Program-made: the position numbers and the translations under genes
In this document: positions 63,137-64,000 of the stretch, one piece after another
Layout of the letters: each line of letters begins with the position of its first letter
Position numbering within the stretch: the first letter of the stretch is position 1
The notes under the pieces: model-generated
What the model saw: only the letters and a program-made list of their open reading frames with translations
The model's database searches: none
Told to the model about the DNA's origin: nothing
Assembly (NCBI GenBank): GCA_030390025.1
Contig: JASTWF010000363.1
Span: forward strand, 1-64,000
Length of the DNA stretch: 64,000 bases
DNA from: Squalus acanthias
Lineage: Eukaryota
Reading direction: 5' to 3'

Positions 63137-64000
63137 GGGGGTGATTTTCTCACTGGAGGCGGGTTTCGTTTTGGGTGGGTTTGAAACCCGCCACCACTGA
63201 TAGTTGACAAAAAATTGCGATTTCCCCTGATTGGCCACTTGATTTCAGAGGTGTGGGTTGCCCTTGGTCAATTAGTGTTTTGGGACTGAAACTCGCCTCT
63301 GCTGACATCACTTTTCCAGTCTGATTTTATGGCTTCTTGCTGCCTTGGCTCATTCACAGCATTTCTGCCTATACTGCACCACCTGCAACATATTCTGAGA
63401 AACCACTATGTCCAATTCCAAGGCAAGGGCCTCCCCGAGGCTCTCGGATGAGGCGCTGAAAATGTTGTTTGAGGGGGTGACAGCTAGCATGGAGGTGCTC
63501 TTCCACTCATCTGGGAGGAAGAGGCCTTCCAAAGAAACCAAGGCTATGTGGGTACAGCTGGCAAGGGATATAACCTCCAGATCTGTGTGCAGATTCGGAG
63601 AATGTTTCTGTGTATTGATGAAATGCCATCCCTGTTGGAAAGCATTAAAATGATTTGATGCCAAAATGTTGGCGTTATGGCATCTGTTCTTTCGCCTTAG
63701 GCAGCTCCGCATTGCAGGCTCCGCCACACTTGCGTTGTCAGGTTGGTGGCCTGAGTGAAAGGAGGCCAGGGAGTCATGTCATTATCAATGATGTGTTAGG
63801 ATGGAGCCAAGGACATGTGCCAACTTGGGCAACCGATGCAAATCTGGCCATGATAAGTTCATCCCTTGCATCCCAGGCAGCCATGTGCTCACGAGCTGCC
63901 GCTGCTGCTGGTCGATACACCGACGCTCTGACCTCCTCCAGATCCTCCTCCTCCTCAGCCTCCTCCTCCTCCTCCTCATCTGAGAAGAGCTGGAACTGAG
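63137..64000 (-). mobile_element. Internally deleted Harbinger element (runs off the window end)
   Basis: Terminus GGGGGTGATTTT after TTA. Myb-like start 63408 (+) MSNSKARASPRLSDEAL...W. Transposase C-terminal acidic tail on the minus strand 63840-64000, similar to H2. Confidence 0.82.

Overview
Vertebrate genomic DNA, not prokaryotic. The repeat content (CR1 and L2 LINEs, a Deu-domain SINE, Penelope-like tails, PIF/Harbinger DNA transposons) points by inference to a cartilaginous fish. The window holds coding exons 1-11 of a TTC38 homologue on the + strand; the spliced frame is open with consistent phases and the gene continues past the window end. The introns are mostly transposable elements. 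Main observations: (1) the 30-nt first coding exon of TTC38 occurs four times in a ~8 kb mosaic tandem duplication, three copies with an intact GT donor and one hit by a CR1 insertion; (2) two full-length Harbinger elements with open DDE transposase ORFs and spliced Myb/SANT partner genes are nested in one CR1 LINE in intron 9; (3) two different Harbinger copies sit at the same nucleotide of CR1 ORF2 in opposite orientations, at a quasi-palindromic site; (4) short Penelope-type inserts carry a minimal hammerhead-ribozyme-like motif. All family calls come from visual motif recognition; no database search was run.
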